Assembly (NCBI GenBank): GCA_963668645.2
Contig: CAXXWC010000019.1
Span: 32,001-96,000, forward strand
DNA length: 64,000 nucleotides
From: Desulfobacterales bacterium
GTDB taxonomy: Bacteria; Desulfobacterota; Desulfobacteria; Desulfobacterales; UBA2174
Direction of reading: 5' to 3'
Shown here: positions 52,601-56,571 of the stretch, piece by piece
How positions within the stretch are numbered: position 1 is the stretch's first letter
Layout of the letters: the number at the start of each line of letters is the position of its first letter
Notes under the pieces: model-generated
The model's database searches: none
What the model was told of the DNA's origin: nothing
Seen by the model: only the letters and a program-made list of their open reading frames with translations
Position numbers and translations under genes: made by a program

Positions 52601-52947
52601 TCTTCAGTCGCCTGGCCGGACACCCAGATGATGGTCTGGGCCAGTGCGGCGTGGGTAACCCGCCCCGCGTCGAGTTCGCCCAACCAGTACTGGAGGCCGT
52701 CATCATCGATATCGCGGTTGAACAGGTTCTCGTACAGATTAGTAAGGAAGGACTCGGCAAAATTCTCCGACCCGCCGCTAAACTGCAAATAACCTGAATA
52801 GACGAGATGGTTGCTCATTTCTCCTATGGTCATCCCGCCATTTTCCAGAAGGTCGTTCCAGTAAAGGTAGCCTTCATAATCCGCCGGCCGACCGAACAGA
52901 GTGAGATAGTAAAGGTTGATCCATTCTTTGTTCGTGTACTGAGCCAT
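28639..52947 (-). CDS. Giant (8102 aa) acidic surface protein: N-terminal DUF4214/RsaA-like anchor, repetitive scaffold, T1SS-type C-terminus
   Basis: Uninterrupted 24.3-kb ORF with AGGAGG RBS and no signal peptide. N-terminus LYYLTLFGRPADYEGYLYW...FLTNLYENLFNRDIDDDGLQYWLGEL. RTX-like GxGxD nonapeptides. C-terminus ITLVGIDAGDLDADNFVLV. Confidence 0.9.
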   Translation of the reverse strand: MAQYTNKEWINLYYLTLFGRPADYEGYLYWNDLLENGGMTIGEMSNHLVYSGYLQFSGGSENFAESFLTNLYENLFNRDIDDDGLQYWLGELDAGRVTHAALAQTIIWVSGQATEEDNNWDDRLTMENKLASAEHALNMMIDQEIPYSDQLGYDLEAFIAGTTAGDASLNQTLNEINAYFSLEKTFTLKEVYTAEVTEDVVVTIEPEIETVTYWGYNPHGHDETGVDNLDGDNPDGNDNGLTNEGPLDGGVPLEDLLSFIETYLAVNFRDLGLYDINESLQAIRDITFAGIFDNVQGGFGDGDYTGNYEISVTLSDGTINSAIVELSENQFEFIHNLLFDEEGNSRLFEVEVKTWPEVYLKDADGNIVLDANGEPITVNLYEFVVEEGETTYTQVPIVLTPTENNGGTEEVGFTGDGNDTIVAGRLDLLHGAYIDGGGGYNTLEIDAKGYFAQPKELLNIQKIVIENLPNVYTDVVDGEPVSTYPDLDSDSYASLDNSIIDLSRATSLEELVISEGAYEGLELGNSQYPGTLTVVGIRNGAETVLDGGFYHNVNLHYSELQGAGVNLVFNNLDMQPNTVLNVAHNSDTLNIESTGGGNTIADADLGGQVSTINITGDARLYIAGDLGQSLHAENPILIDASANTGGVNLNMSGIEQLTYLGSSADDRIIVDTDDAEYTTLHWMPENDQSVTIIDTGGDNYYEIDTDVAVIVDGDGNSNYEVDASYVDITAGTGDSVYEIEGYDITITDGGGDNYFVISEAYSADITIAGDGDNTYWMDAVEVNIEAAGDGDNDFEGHVVNMTAVVGDGDNKFDIKAYDSPQTSVWYLEDDFDTSVSITAGDGSNEINIYTSPFNDLVGAVTAVVEDVLGTDIDTLLGYTVEELTDYIDNLEINLDSFTIEEVIDDLFGTGLHFLQPVTIDIVVGDGGNVVNIPGLPYDLAGQVVDFAADFLNIPDFLDDIVDLVGDALSYITGVLTTANIETGAGADEILVAGSDITISSGAGDDVITLVGIDADYVSNGAVLDIDTGSGADLIKLGAALDSSFLATGTITAMEGSKITGENVTLFVNTIADLRAAELSGITKVILDDDSFNYLDAAQANDDAAVGQNAILTLTAEQFLAIGAENFSVEGSIFHTHAFIKIIVTESTSLTDLGVDNLSSNIDLYLEIEDGVTLTMTAQQLHENVADGGIYLANDGNTDVASGRVVINQAGLYFDPWHNTDLYNGEEYGDHVGDPYYGGSLADDFSSENVTVHRTPVTEGPNAGYNRPEDEPNSDVITIDSTGAIINQGAFSSWVSSLEIVGDHDVIFTGAIDLGDDFVVDFSTLEAVVENLTLANFQDVKQIRGNGLDGYETTIYVKMTGTPDDPSTPETDETVVPTVGGEDLGNGEFSGLVSSGVRRIIVTDISDGDTSAYDAEKAVIYLCDTTQDLEVIGLRGNYNAELEIYQVQWGIEFELQGDGTVEYTTKANGDPAYSNVGSFYAQFQWANASAVVNINNQGTELTTRSLHVEKIDIDNAGSITINVEDGNLIVDTIDGENGEGGVETLDINSDYNVQIVDDLPGTLTFIDVSDVAGTFTAVIDEPAGDFSFIGSAGGSYLTLLDFVATDDTDIDGGVGGVVLTIGADEGGTDIVNLSQATLDNVEGIVLEDGATVILTNAQLQIIGEANISLLDDADGAVLEVSGLNDQVFDSTNIADGITVNVTLAQGAWTLHADTDLSNVDSFSMLDNAEMTLTADQLVQLAESFAENGAINGEVDATNTIHITGVTQAHLDWEVNYEGTEYSFRQVLGELNALLGAESESTITIVEDVTLYASTLNAAAVGGFELIAGEPGLRVDVIMDAEPVGIDAENGVTSRGVASYVVTEFSDQVGDWAQFFVCNSTEGLQELGLQGNGGKHIVFSGVKWGVTFLLEGDGLAQWTEAEKVQNEFADDWNQSNIGALYANFYTDHAPAVVNINNQGVLLGDASDGGLRSLMVDGIDIDNADSLTINIADGNAEIGLIQGDSLDALDLNADFNLTIDYALDAANIESIDATGVVGTFDATLTGEVDDAFAFAAGAGGTTLTLASFSIGEDADVTIDGAAGDLTLVIYSTTDLSDATLTSVDAVQIDTAGAVAAVSLTLTWEQVDAIGPANITEIDPDDEYTATLHIEGYDGSYFDVDDLGDGVVIGTVTTAQGAIAFDPTADLAGADLMVSADSEVTMTVDQFLALASLTGADDGTGDAENSILHLTGLTQAHIDAGFDLAAVTGFTLGTLSLAEDVVLGEFNENFMLDRAVNLNGFQVVLEDGQTLTLTTIEQADGLVVGGGTDTTLALYFDQNQILGEDDQVISGGFGPFDTFDASGWSVTTVKMLHDLVENRDIELFQDIDSAICIHIYDAQDMGVVIPINRCLTIEEGVTVDGFMVLNDYQGDSSVVTLNLTLEGGAKVDGNIRLTTVAAEDQYGNPLTQNYFDQLTINSNVGADDPIHNTVNIISGDIDPTPSPVGGGGPLGTALENNLLDVVINANADLIVEGDIVFNSVDEIPDHDAIGVGMDDAVLVINGVADVTLGGIDTTDEDLDSLAITNNSTGVLTLTLDDDAVAIGDENITINGATGSGGVDLIIADSEDLDLSGAALSGINNVTLTDAELTLTLDQVLDIGLANIVAADGGTDGDTIAAGILNIVGMDDRILDVDDLGDGVTLGTITMASGDWTLDPATDLTGAEMIIVPEGGTVIMTIDQFQALSGNGTIIGVDAEGNATTDYTIQITGLTQADVDEGLDLSGVTADNAVLSLASGAGDILMGLWDPIEYDWTSQVDLGNFAIHLESGDHITLINYDQANGRTIDGPADAVVSLGFVTGLGQIDIDLRDGFENLVFGIDTGNYNGSFTLQVLDELLEGMNVEQILAFLDSAITVEILEREDMPGIPLYEYLETYRNVVVEEGVTVDAVDGVSLIFADLTVDTVVKTLDLHLMGGATVLGDIDLSILKPEYDGLFAPKYFGTLTIFSQGNEPNSLDDITAGVEDGPSENDLLDIVVNAQQDLSIDTITFSSVQRDDEDPNDATATFTVTDTSTANVNVGEMNLDDNDVTHLVVNNLGTGTLGVTVDEGINAAHIEDVQFLGDHIALTIAGDDVIEEGVTDADAVDLSAYTLDGVSSIAFENGSELTLDADQIADIGAANLSVLPEDGVPEPTAELNIVGFTEAHQGLDLGSIAGLKVESITLDATAGDTFTFDGTINFEVGTIYVPDGVTVEIDADMYEAMGCPEIMGTGVADGDGNYDITVNLRDFANDNADIDLSHIYAAHANLYVADDVGELNYNYDADLLDPDYIANLDVPDDVLIFGVWNLGDGINTGYWESQTDLGSFAIHLTDDQEIRLLTYDQADERFIDGPDTAVVSLDLLYADLPIGDGEFWDREGIDCSNFSGEFELEILRNLVLGQFWQYDENVEKILYNLIGDIAVRVTSWDELPGGALPGAMGYDRDFIVDVGETVLGGLVFADVTGERYLENLNVFLLGDSTITHTIDIGTLVPVDTTEYDQQFFRTLTIDSVGTADPADTDENEIWYIVGGDPSYGATENNLLDVVINAENTLTIRGIEFSYIANSLTDVDYNPLASIGAEIAVHTGVDGIVNIWTLDAVADPNIDALSLVHASEGTLNVTTVEVRDSFDITADGDINILTVNMSDSNDGSEADDGLTDVTITGAELDADLVIDDLNGDALAEVDASGFIGSLTINDINNISETDFSFVSGTGITVAGIDGETLDAGGDDAGWHFDLEDAAAGSVLNINGGTYTGGDLQIDLGANATLQISGVVDLSALGDDLVITGNSATNPIVIMDGATLILTPEQASSLYIVGAGDGDDEGDDFTGVVNIVGLTDETGAFDLSNISEDVAGMISFGDDNDVTLDAATALGYFGITLNNVDGAFNAGQNIRFMTFEQADGRVVEAVGFGEGEAATANIVFLFTDVGEGVDAVDCSGYDGEIARLWVSEQLVQNNPDIDFAQLAIDIVRVEFPIDMPAGSWIPGLDDAEGFSKTLEFVSFVGTSPDGPVDVVVTDTFDMTFVKDVTIDLGGEVELGTVQVNNEIASGAVNPETGNEINPSSIIFEKLTINAKLGMEGTEPDAQGNFTDYVIHYPELVPENWTPVSAGEDGQRFPDAVNTVGDISSGVGFDLMAVELNTYGADLETGTITFDGTGTAELEVNDLTYAAYYDQLVAAYGAGDDAAAYAAVVGLIKNFAGDYIATTPFNIVDGGETLVFDSADDVDELLAYLAGIKGNFIDALQNDGNWDAITAALNAYAPEPVKTVTVEAVDVTDALDAGTEDPGDEVNALLIDGDGILNVTGAITFGSTATTDAYLGIDGSVDVTAGVLEMGSITDLTIDKLGTGDVEIIGTSPAVTGDALESISLTGAANNGEGAAEGHLYLGSFAVDGDGEWTGDYNGIAAANLSSIDASGTNYEFGVILEQIDGAGFTLTSGNGLTLVGLGGVELLDGGVWTFDLSNAADDSWIAITGDTILGQGTLTIDLGADADLAIFGEVDFTTLADLTITVDGGNDWDGRIWLDASAVVTITADQMAELNASEIGFDGDGIINVIDLDESPVDLSAGGTIDADMAGWVRLDDQLARLAEMRDAYDAAVTAGDDKDAFDAMTALINEFGDRLLAIPGFTEETGYDGIDDLLGLLPPSWQYFEALADPAYADAMDMINAMLNEYLAYPLILTDGTTLGEFTLQLRDDLPEQIVFTTLEQADGRDIEIIGDIDGGAAVNGGDGTRVIFESSVDEATGCDSVEEVDVSGYDDLLDVLEIRNDASAPEYELNGLGDIDLVVASGASVLIDSAREDLIERNLTVVTGEDGGTISYADADYLETLNVVLDGAVPVYTYAGGPDTEDGGGSISELNSGNASVVNLQTVNVADEQTFKIDVLTIADKATLNSLAGQTNTIGDIEGTIGDSGESKLVDLTLNAYEDLDVDKITLSTVKLSILELNINTFNASTVTVDELRTDNHPGTDGFDGDSIREVVITHEGDGLFLGAGGSAFFQSDNAVTLTLQGSGDMTFGNLLTEALDGFTLNPTLIAGTATVPAYQNDDSAGLKEVDASGLTGNLNLGEIGVYQDQFTFTSGTGFTTLTLAAGVLENPTEGDPAAWTFDFGNATGSIMKLNGIQDYLAFNSGNLTIDVAILAIDGTVDFSGLELNANSSLTFNDDILIQLSDVAEDGTLADEAGEAGAGLTITADQLMTAAADEVGLTIMGIGVGDNTLTINANTSQRAFSQMDFDNLSSVEHLVFDVPFGPVPYDGFADHLDLSGADGLQTLTFTDFLDLGVFDDASGLGGGDLTITLPTGFETINLYGPLVSGENAVLTIAGMESETLTVNAYQVVDFQGTLQFSSPEALVIDSQSAVRSPIETPAVFIGTLLIENLATLVTQGARDVTFGSVVGDLAGTQFTIDANAGFFDVQNGGPYSTYIRDASGLETNGGTLTVTGEGALFIGDFETAITLVGQPDPDYDGAAIALRDTALDMTGGGTLEVVHGEPGVLYAAVTIDAATVVLPYDGSEIADQLGDLVEAIDGVYVDDGTYDVNEFGAAAKALIEAYGDAFFDVFDVLGYQFDGQDEVQVDNIQALKDALFEDYAAGIAKAGLLGFGGGIQTEQGLERYVGIEDFSEKFIEEYIYTLKLGIAFMGSDSVVLSSDTILGDFAIMLCEDGLGQTVTFTTALQADGRDVAIAPSGDGESRVVFDFAGDFYGDDQIDVEDYGIGFDAGLGSGVDGQLDVLDIANNDFAGELYRLAPETQLDMVDGADVALINQAEIRDVRVYSGDGGGTLDLSEASGVETLNLMLDGETGVNLSWVDTGNDTGIDVNIESTGGAANRITDASRFAMTENETITISGDQDLTLGTGAEDTLLSRPDRVPVSQSLDFTEGGNLAVDTAYDGNLEAYVLLGEDTVTLPVEHTARFDFLVESWNEAVAAGEPESLAAIAESLFGEYADALLSKYSEIQFSIDTDPDPFSFDVYRIAYDGDTLTGYVDDETYTDIGAFIDRLLDDLAAANPGALNPLDHLTVRGKLIDADPAQYDTGIDDVATAMDGDLYTLDGTAYVQTEEVLFDVLIQAVQDAFNSGDYDVNELGQALYDLFVKEYTIESVNNGDAFTFGDLFFQYLDAFGVVYGEDPLSNVRQLVGSVEELLAAGGPLFASIDVGSGTAVAQAGISEFISREDPGDPEADYVSGLNNIGDEIKAMDVLGQRLDLDPDTDLGGFAVQLYEGQGVGMSADQLLLYSGDINAYDAVYTANLDGTYFDEAAPGRSILGDGADNTLYITDNSDRIFKAMNFSGLDGVENLVFEGEFGVGSIDEDVLDLSGAVGLLTLTFDTGADVDLDHTDLTIILPEGFESIYFYDSLYGETDSTITIQGGSETLEVVFYDDTNYEGTLTFASPDTLTLDTAGYDAVRFQELVDAVEDAHVADGSYDVMAFGGAMKALLDEFPEVWEAVFEAIHIGFGEIGLGEWEDKTFTVTTLEQFKAAIFADYATGEAKPGLTWVVGGNEGGHEFGILEMAAYISGSEYFGGSNVYIGTLDANDIDTLQTEGFGALTVGSLVVDIDTTSTFTIDANAKDGTVIEDASETVLGGGASKLEVTGEGVLILGSGRETAVTMTDGGTLQVAADYAGTLFAHVMIGDAVVTLPDQADITGEGTVAGTAYFPAEGAAFDDLVVALDATFNGGDYSNSLFGAVLKAMLDAYGDLFFQKFDLIGYQFEGGEQTEAVDLDALKTALFDDYDAGIAKADLAGIGGIMDGVLYDNFDFNFVQAFVDAYSATLTLPEATDLGSFGIELLRDSIGQEIVFTGEDQADGREVTVDVDGASLFHGDVGVAFDFVSATSEISIDASGYSTGYSDDGIDYLRIDGTNGQDLVVTDLGQEARVWLANGLGDQTITFNGEEIRWRDFQVDTTGTPDLVDNQSLGVYIYAGEIRDEFDQLVEIDLTSLSGDRLTWVQLGVYDNNLNIDDITYSAPDLGIGYEISSDGSTVTFTETEEGGFDLFYDVFCPRLSVSDADGVEDYVFQYSVYGPSRFISLDSGEILDVVPGGVPGAWTLAVSDGLTITDVEMEAWAWLEVYGESQATVGHIDLTDQAFGAFGIWVSEDATYMGPGGSPAIELGSVDQLYLRGDGEIYLGDDGANVGISGDGLKLLDASSWYGHAELGVIDAIDGDAFMFTEWLYGPIYSVLFTLGEVELAEDGIWTFQFGYGSDGVPGGFSDADFSGSEVTFTDDVDLSNAATLNFLGDGTVIIDGDIDFTNLELTVEPGMSFELTDDSTLTLTAAQVDDYFAEFGASIGLASDAETGSVNVTELGGGFQVSDAHMYGSYTYDSDGEIDGIQPWFLDNTLQYDLSHIDEEIAGWVRLEEREKPFSDLAGDIADYSDGLAQWHSDQVDDQGDLNDAIGVFDFSDAGYTGQDSEAENIEQAFKDLVDTVVGGPGNSDAGDYETPDDIYIRFDNVDPNEAPKEFVFDTIEDLQTALASEQLEDGTPFDFKTLYADADGAVFFGSDGASWSDSPESVFAYVSDAYTEEDPFDHLDDYYPVVLHPETDLGYFTLQLRDNVADDTSLGEQVVLTNVDQASRAIEIITDAGSESSNGEGTKVIYNFWAVGTDDLDPLGRISISADRYDADLETLAIAGTHGYDLKVVNLPGGPVVEIGDDLGNIDIIFERAMLDGGLPDLIDERTYIIENSGSDSYVASHVDIEDQQAIAITLQLGVAEGTVAWVDDFNGTRMTELTVESDIDNTKMMMDDLGHAAGEGLSIAVDTPLGLEITGDIEQTVYGLLYINSQDGGFTLDGNVEFANVSDASELRMLGADDDIYFNGTISMALGSDADSVPDSVNFTITNQGTGDRFLYEVDMTNLEETLHIVTVNNGDDFTIDWLGLSDAVGSDAGPGAEELYVSGDGELNINELDGTLVDDFTIHVSDATLNISDVDDFDLNGHTLYVTGGSTLNIGYATVEEDWSYLDISGSTLDASGYSGELTAYLHVRSADGTVEVGSGDQTYYLDDYYASDDFSFVFNGTDNGDIEIYGFEVSTSDILDFSDFATGLQWEAGSDSNTLTGDGDFHIYFGSDSADVDDVPIYIGSEVIGYITLVGIDAGDLDADNFVLV

Positions 52948-53248
52948 GGTGTCTTCCTCCTAAGATAAGTTTTAGACGCCTTGTACTGGAATCTAACTGA
53001 AATCGAAATAGCGGAAAAAACCCGCTCTCGGGCTTCCCGATGTTCACGCATGCCTATCTGATAAGGTTATCCGCTCATAACCCTCCTTGGGATATCAAGG
53101 CGATTTCAGGCAGGTCTCGTGTCGCATCAGGACTAACCAACAAAGGGAGCCGGTCGCCGTAAATAGTGTTCGCTGGAAAGCTGAAGAGCACGAAAATTCC
53201 TCAGTTTGAAAACAAATCGCTCATTATCAATCTCGAAACTGTATTGGG

Positions 53249-53287
53249 CTTATACACCGAAGTATAGCGTTGGGCAAGTTTTTTTTA
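53249..53287 (-). promoter_or_regulatory. Sigma70 promoter of the giant-protein gene with upstream A-tract
   Basis: Minus strand A8-C-TTGCCC-17 bp-TATAAG, implying a leader of about 290 nt. Confidence 0.55.
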
Positions 53288-53297
53288 TGCGAGAAAA

Positions 53298-55610
53298 TCA
53301 ATCCAGCCTATGCCGGGTAAAGGGTTGAGCGACTTTTGGCCACGGCTTGGCCCCATTAATCAGACCTGCAATGGCCTTGCCCACCACCGGCCATTGCAAA
53401 ACCGCCAACCAGCGCTGTTGCACCTCGCCTTTGGCGGCTATTTGATCCGGGTTCGCAAGGAGCCGATCGATCCCCCGGGCCAGATCCGCCGGGGTTGTAC
53501 CCGGCAGGCGGTGAACGACACCTCCCACATCCTCAAAAATGGGCAGCGGAGTAACCGCCGTGGGCGCACCGGAAGCTAGCCCCAGGCGCACCGCCGCGCT
53601 AGAGGATTCGGCACTGTGCTGATAAGGAAACACTATCAGTCTGGCCCGTAAAAGCAGGGCCCGAATATCCTCGGCGGGCAGAAAATCGGTGACCAGGCCC
53701 ACCCGCTGGGCCAGGCCCGTCTCGGAGATGGCCGCCAGACAATCCCGGTAATATACGAGCACCTCATCCTTGGGGTAAAAGGAGGTGAGCAGCAGCAGGC
53801 ACAGTTGCGGATGTGCCGGAGCAAGGCGGGCAAAGGCCCGGATCAGCTCCAAAATCCCTTTGTGAGGCATCAAGAACCCGAAAGAAGCGATAAAGCCGCC
53901 CCGGCGAAAAGCGGCGGGCAGTACCATGGACGAAGGTCGTGGGCGATACTTGGGGCCGGCCACGCCGTGGGGCAACAAGGCGCTGTTGTGAACCAGGCCC
54001 AACGCATGGAAAAAATTGAGATCATCCACGTTGTGCACCAGCAACCGGTAGACCCGGGCCAGCTCCCGGACCAGGGGACGCACATCCATGGTTTCGGTGC
54101 GGATGGCGTGAAAGACAATGGTCGTGGCAACGCCCATAAGCCGCAACCGGCGCAGCAGATTCCGGAACCGGGGCCGGGAAAAAAAACCGAAATGAAAGTT
54201 GATCAGGATCCGGCCGATCCGGTGCGCGGCCAGAAAACGGGGAATGGCGTAAAAAAAATCGTGGTGCCACCAGATGCGGTGTACGTTGGGCTCGTCGGTC
54301 CGGATGGCGTCCCCGAAATGCGGGGCCAGGATAACGATCTCCAACTCATCGAGCAATGGGGGCAGCAACTGGCGCGAATACTCGGCGATCCCGCAGCGCG
54401 TGTTCCAGGTGGTCACCAGGGCGGCGCGGGGCCTGGACGGACGCGAGGTTTTGACCCGATCGACCCTGCGCTCTTTCAGATCCGTGATGAAATCGAGCAG
54501 ACGCCGGGCGCAGGCTTGCCAGGTGAAACGTTCTCCGATCTGCTTGCGGGCCGCGGCGGTGCGCGCGGCGAGAACCTCCGGGGCTTCCTCAAACTGTGCG
54601 CGCAGCAGGCGTGCCAGGTGATCGGGGTCCGGTTCGGCCCAGACCGAAGCGAAGGGATTAAGATGGGACCGGGCCGCCTGCATGCGGTAATCGATGAGCC
54701 GGGCGGTGGCCGGATGGCAAAAATCCATCTGCCCCCCGAACCCGGTGGTGATCACGGGCAGCCCCAGCAGCATGGCCTCGGCCAGAGGCAGGCCGAAGCC
54801 CTCGCCCCGGGATGGGGCCACCACACAGTGGCAGCGCCGGTACAGATCCACGATACGTCCCGGAGGCAGGTCCCGGTCGATCAGGACCACGGCCGGCGGG
54901 TCCGGATGATGGCGCCGGAAATCGGCCACCTGGGATGCGGCGTCGTTGTGGGGATTGGGAAAGGTCTTGACCACCAGGGTGACCGCGTCGGCGCCGGTAA
55001 AAGCCCGGCCGTAGGCCCCGAGCAGGACGTCCAGACCCTTGCGCGGAAAACAGGAGGAGACGTGCAAAAACCGGTAGCCGGCCCCCAGATCCTCCGAACC
55101 GGATTCCGGTTTGGTGCGTAAAATGTGATCGGCCCCCAGGCCCACCGGAATCATGGGGCGAAAAACGCCGTTGTCCGCCAGGGTCTTGGCCACGAAGGCG
55201 GACATGACCGTCAACCCGTCCAGAGCCCGGTTGAAGGCCGCGGCGTGCTCGGGGGGAAAGCGGCTTTCCTCCCAACCGTAGGCGTTGGTCAAAAAAAGAG
55301 GTCGCTGCCCGTCTTTCTGATCACAGAACCGCTCCACCGGCACCAGCGGCGGCCAGGAGTTGAACAGGACCACCCGCGGGGATTCACCGGCGGCCCGCAT
55401 CCGTTCACCGCGCCACCACAGTTCGGCCTCCCGGCGATGGTCCTCGAAAAAAGCGGGCTCGGGTCTGTAAGCCTTTTGCGGATCGGGCCGGCACTCAAAG
55501 GAGAGACTTACCGCGCCGGGGAGCAATGCTTCCAGGGCCAGGGCCATCTCCCGGTTGACCAGGGCCAGGGAGTAGGAGCCGCTAAAGGGGCCGTCAATCC
55601 GGATTTGCAT
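53298..55610 (-). CDS. Two-domain GT4 glycosyltransferase (WbdA-like polymerase type)
   Basis: GPFSGSYSLALVNR, YGWEES, FLHVSSCFPRKGLD, SRGEGFGLPLAEAM, second domain TWNTRCGIAEYS...FGFLMPHKG...ESSSAAVR. Start moved to ATG 55610. Confidence 0.9.
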   Translation of the reverse strand: MQIRIDGPFSGSYSLALVNREMALALEALLPGAVSLSFECRPDPQKAYRPEPAFFEDHRREAELWWRGERMRAAGESPRVVLFNSWPPLVPVERFCDQKDGQRPLFLTNAYGWEESRFPPEHAAAFNRALDGLTVMSAFVAKTLADNGVFRPMIPVGLGADHILRTKPESGSEDLGAGYRFLHVSSCFPRKGLDVLLGAYGRAFTGADAVTLVVKTFPNPHNDAASQVADFRRHHPDPPAVVLIDRDLPPGRIVDLYRRCHCVVAPSRGEGFGLPLAEAMLLGLPVITTGFGGQMDFCHPATARLIDYRMQAARSHLNPFASVWAEPDPDHLARLLRAQFEEAPEVLAARTAAARKQIGERFTWQACARRLLDFITDLKERRVDRVKTSRPSRPRAALVTTWNTRCGIAEYSRQLLPPLLDELEIVILAPHFGDAIRTDEPNVHRIWWHHDFFYAIPRFLAAHRIGRILINFHFGFFSRPRFRNLLRRLRLMGVATTIVFHAIRTETMDVRPLVRELARVYRLLVHNVDDLNFFHALGLVHNSALLPHGVAGPKYRPRPSSMVLPAAFRRGGFIASFGFLMPHKGILELIRAFARLAPAHPQLCLLLLTSFYPKDEVLVYYRDCLAAISETGLAQRVGLVTDFLPAEDIRALLLRARLIVFPYQHSAESSSAAVRLGLASGAPTAVTPLPIFEDVGGVVHRLPGTTPADLARGIDRLLANPDQIAAKGEVQQRWLAVLQWPVVGKAIAGLINGAKPWPKVAQPFTRHRLD

Positions 55611-56466
55611 CGGGCTTGTAGCCGTAGGCGGCATAATCCATGGCAGCACAAAAAAAACGGTTGAGGCGCGGATCCTCGAAGATGGGCGGTTCAAAGATTT
55701 CCGGGCGCAGCACCCGGATATGGATGAACCCCACGGCAGCCATGGTGTGGGTGGTCAAAGGCGGGGGAACCGGATCCCGGTGAGTGGGATCCAGGCGGAA
55801 ATAGTAGGCACCGACCTGGAAGTTTTCCGGGTTGGGTGTTTCCAGCAGCACCAGGCCGCCGGGGCGCAAAACGCGAAAAATCTCCTGCAACAGTTCCGCC
55901 AGCACCGGAAGCTGCAAGTGTTCGATAAACTGAATGGCGCTGACGGCCGGCACCTGATCGGCCGGCAGGCATTTAAGAAAATCCAGGGCGTCGCCGGCCG
56001 CCACATCAAGACCGCGCTTCCGGCAATCGGCAATCATCAAAGGACTGCAGTCCACCCCCCGGGCCGGGACCCCGTGGCGGGCCAGCAGATCGAGCCACTC
56101 GCCCCGCCCGCAGCCCAGATCAAGAAGTGGCAAGGGCCAGGGGGGGGGCGGGAGGGCTTGAACCAGCGGCAGGTAATGGATCAGCCGCTTTTCCAGATCC
56201 TCTCGGCTGCCGCGAAATTGTTCCTCAAGAAAATGGTATATCTCGTCAGGATAAGTCCGGGCCGCTTCGCGGTGGAAGCGCTCGCGTTCCGCATCCAGTT
56301 CCGCTTCAATCCGCCGGACCTGGCCCGCGAGGGCCGGCAGGCGATACAACGACAAGGGCAGGGCGATAAACCTCCCCCAAAACGGCAGGGTTGCCAAACG
56401 CCGGTAAATCCGGCGCAGCCGGTCGAGGGGGGAAGGACGGGAGGCCGATGGCGGGTCAGAGGGCAT
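55594..56466 (-). CDS. Class I SAM methyltransferase (O-polysaccharide chain-capping type)
   Basis: LEEQFRGSRE, LDLGCGRGEWL, IEHL, ETPNPEN, LDPTH. Confidence 0.88.
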   Translation of the reverse strand: MPSDPPSASRPSPLDRLRRIYRRLATLPFWGRFIALPLSLYRLPALAGQVRRIEAELDAERERFHREAARTYPDEIYHFLEEQFRGSREDLEKRLIHYLPLVQALPPPPWPLPLLDLGCGRGEWLDLLARHGVPARGVDCSPLMIADCRKRGLDVAAGDALDFLKCLPADQVPAVSAIQFIEHLQLPVLAELLQEIFRVLRPGGLVLLETPNPENFQVGAYYFRLDPTHRDPVPPPLTTHTMAAVGFIHIRVLRPEIFEPPIFEDPRLNRFFCAAMDYAAYGYKPDANPD

Positions 56467-56571
56467 GGGGATCTCTTGGCGAATATGGCATTTTAAGTGA
56501 TGAACCGTTGCATGGGGTGCGGATTCTATTCGTGATCCGGGTTTTGCGGCTGCAAGCAAGTCCCGGAAACC

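Noticed and set aside
28573..52797. Many long plus-strand ORFs inside the giant gene (e.g. 28573-30426, 33589-35526, 44113-45855)
   Set aside because: Antisense shadows caused by biased codon use in a high-GC gene. No recognisable motifs.
52948..53297. c-di-GMP riboswitch ahead of the surface-protein gene
   Set aside because: The GGCAAA...GAAA...GCAAAG core of class I was not found on the coding strand.
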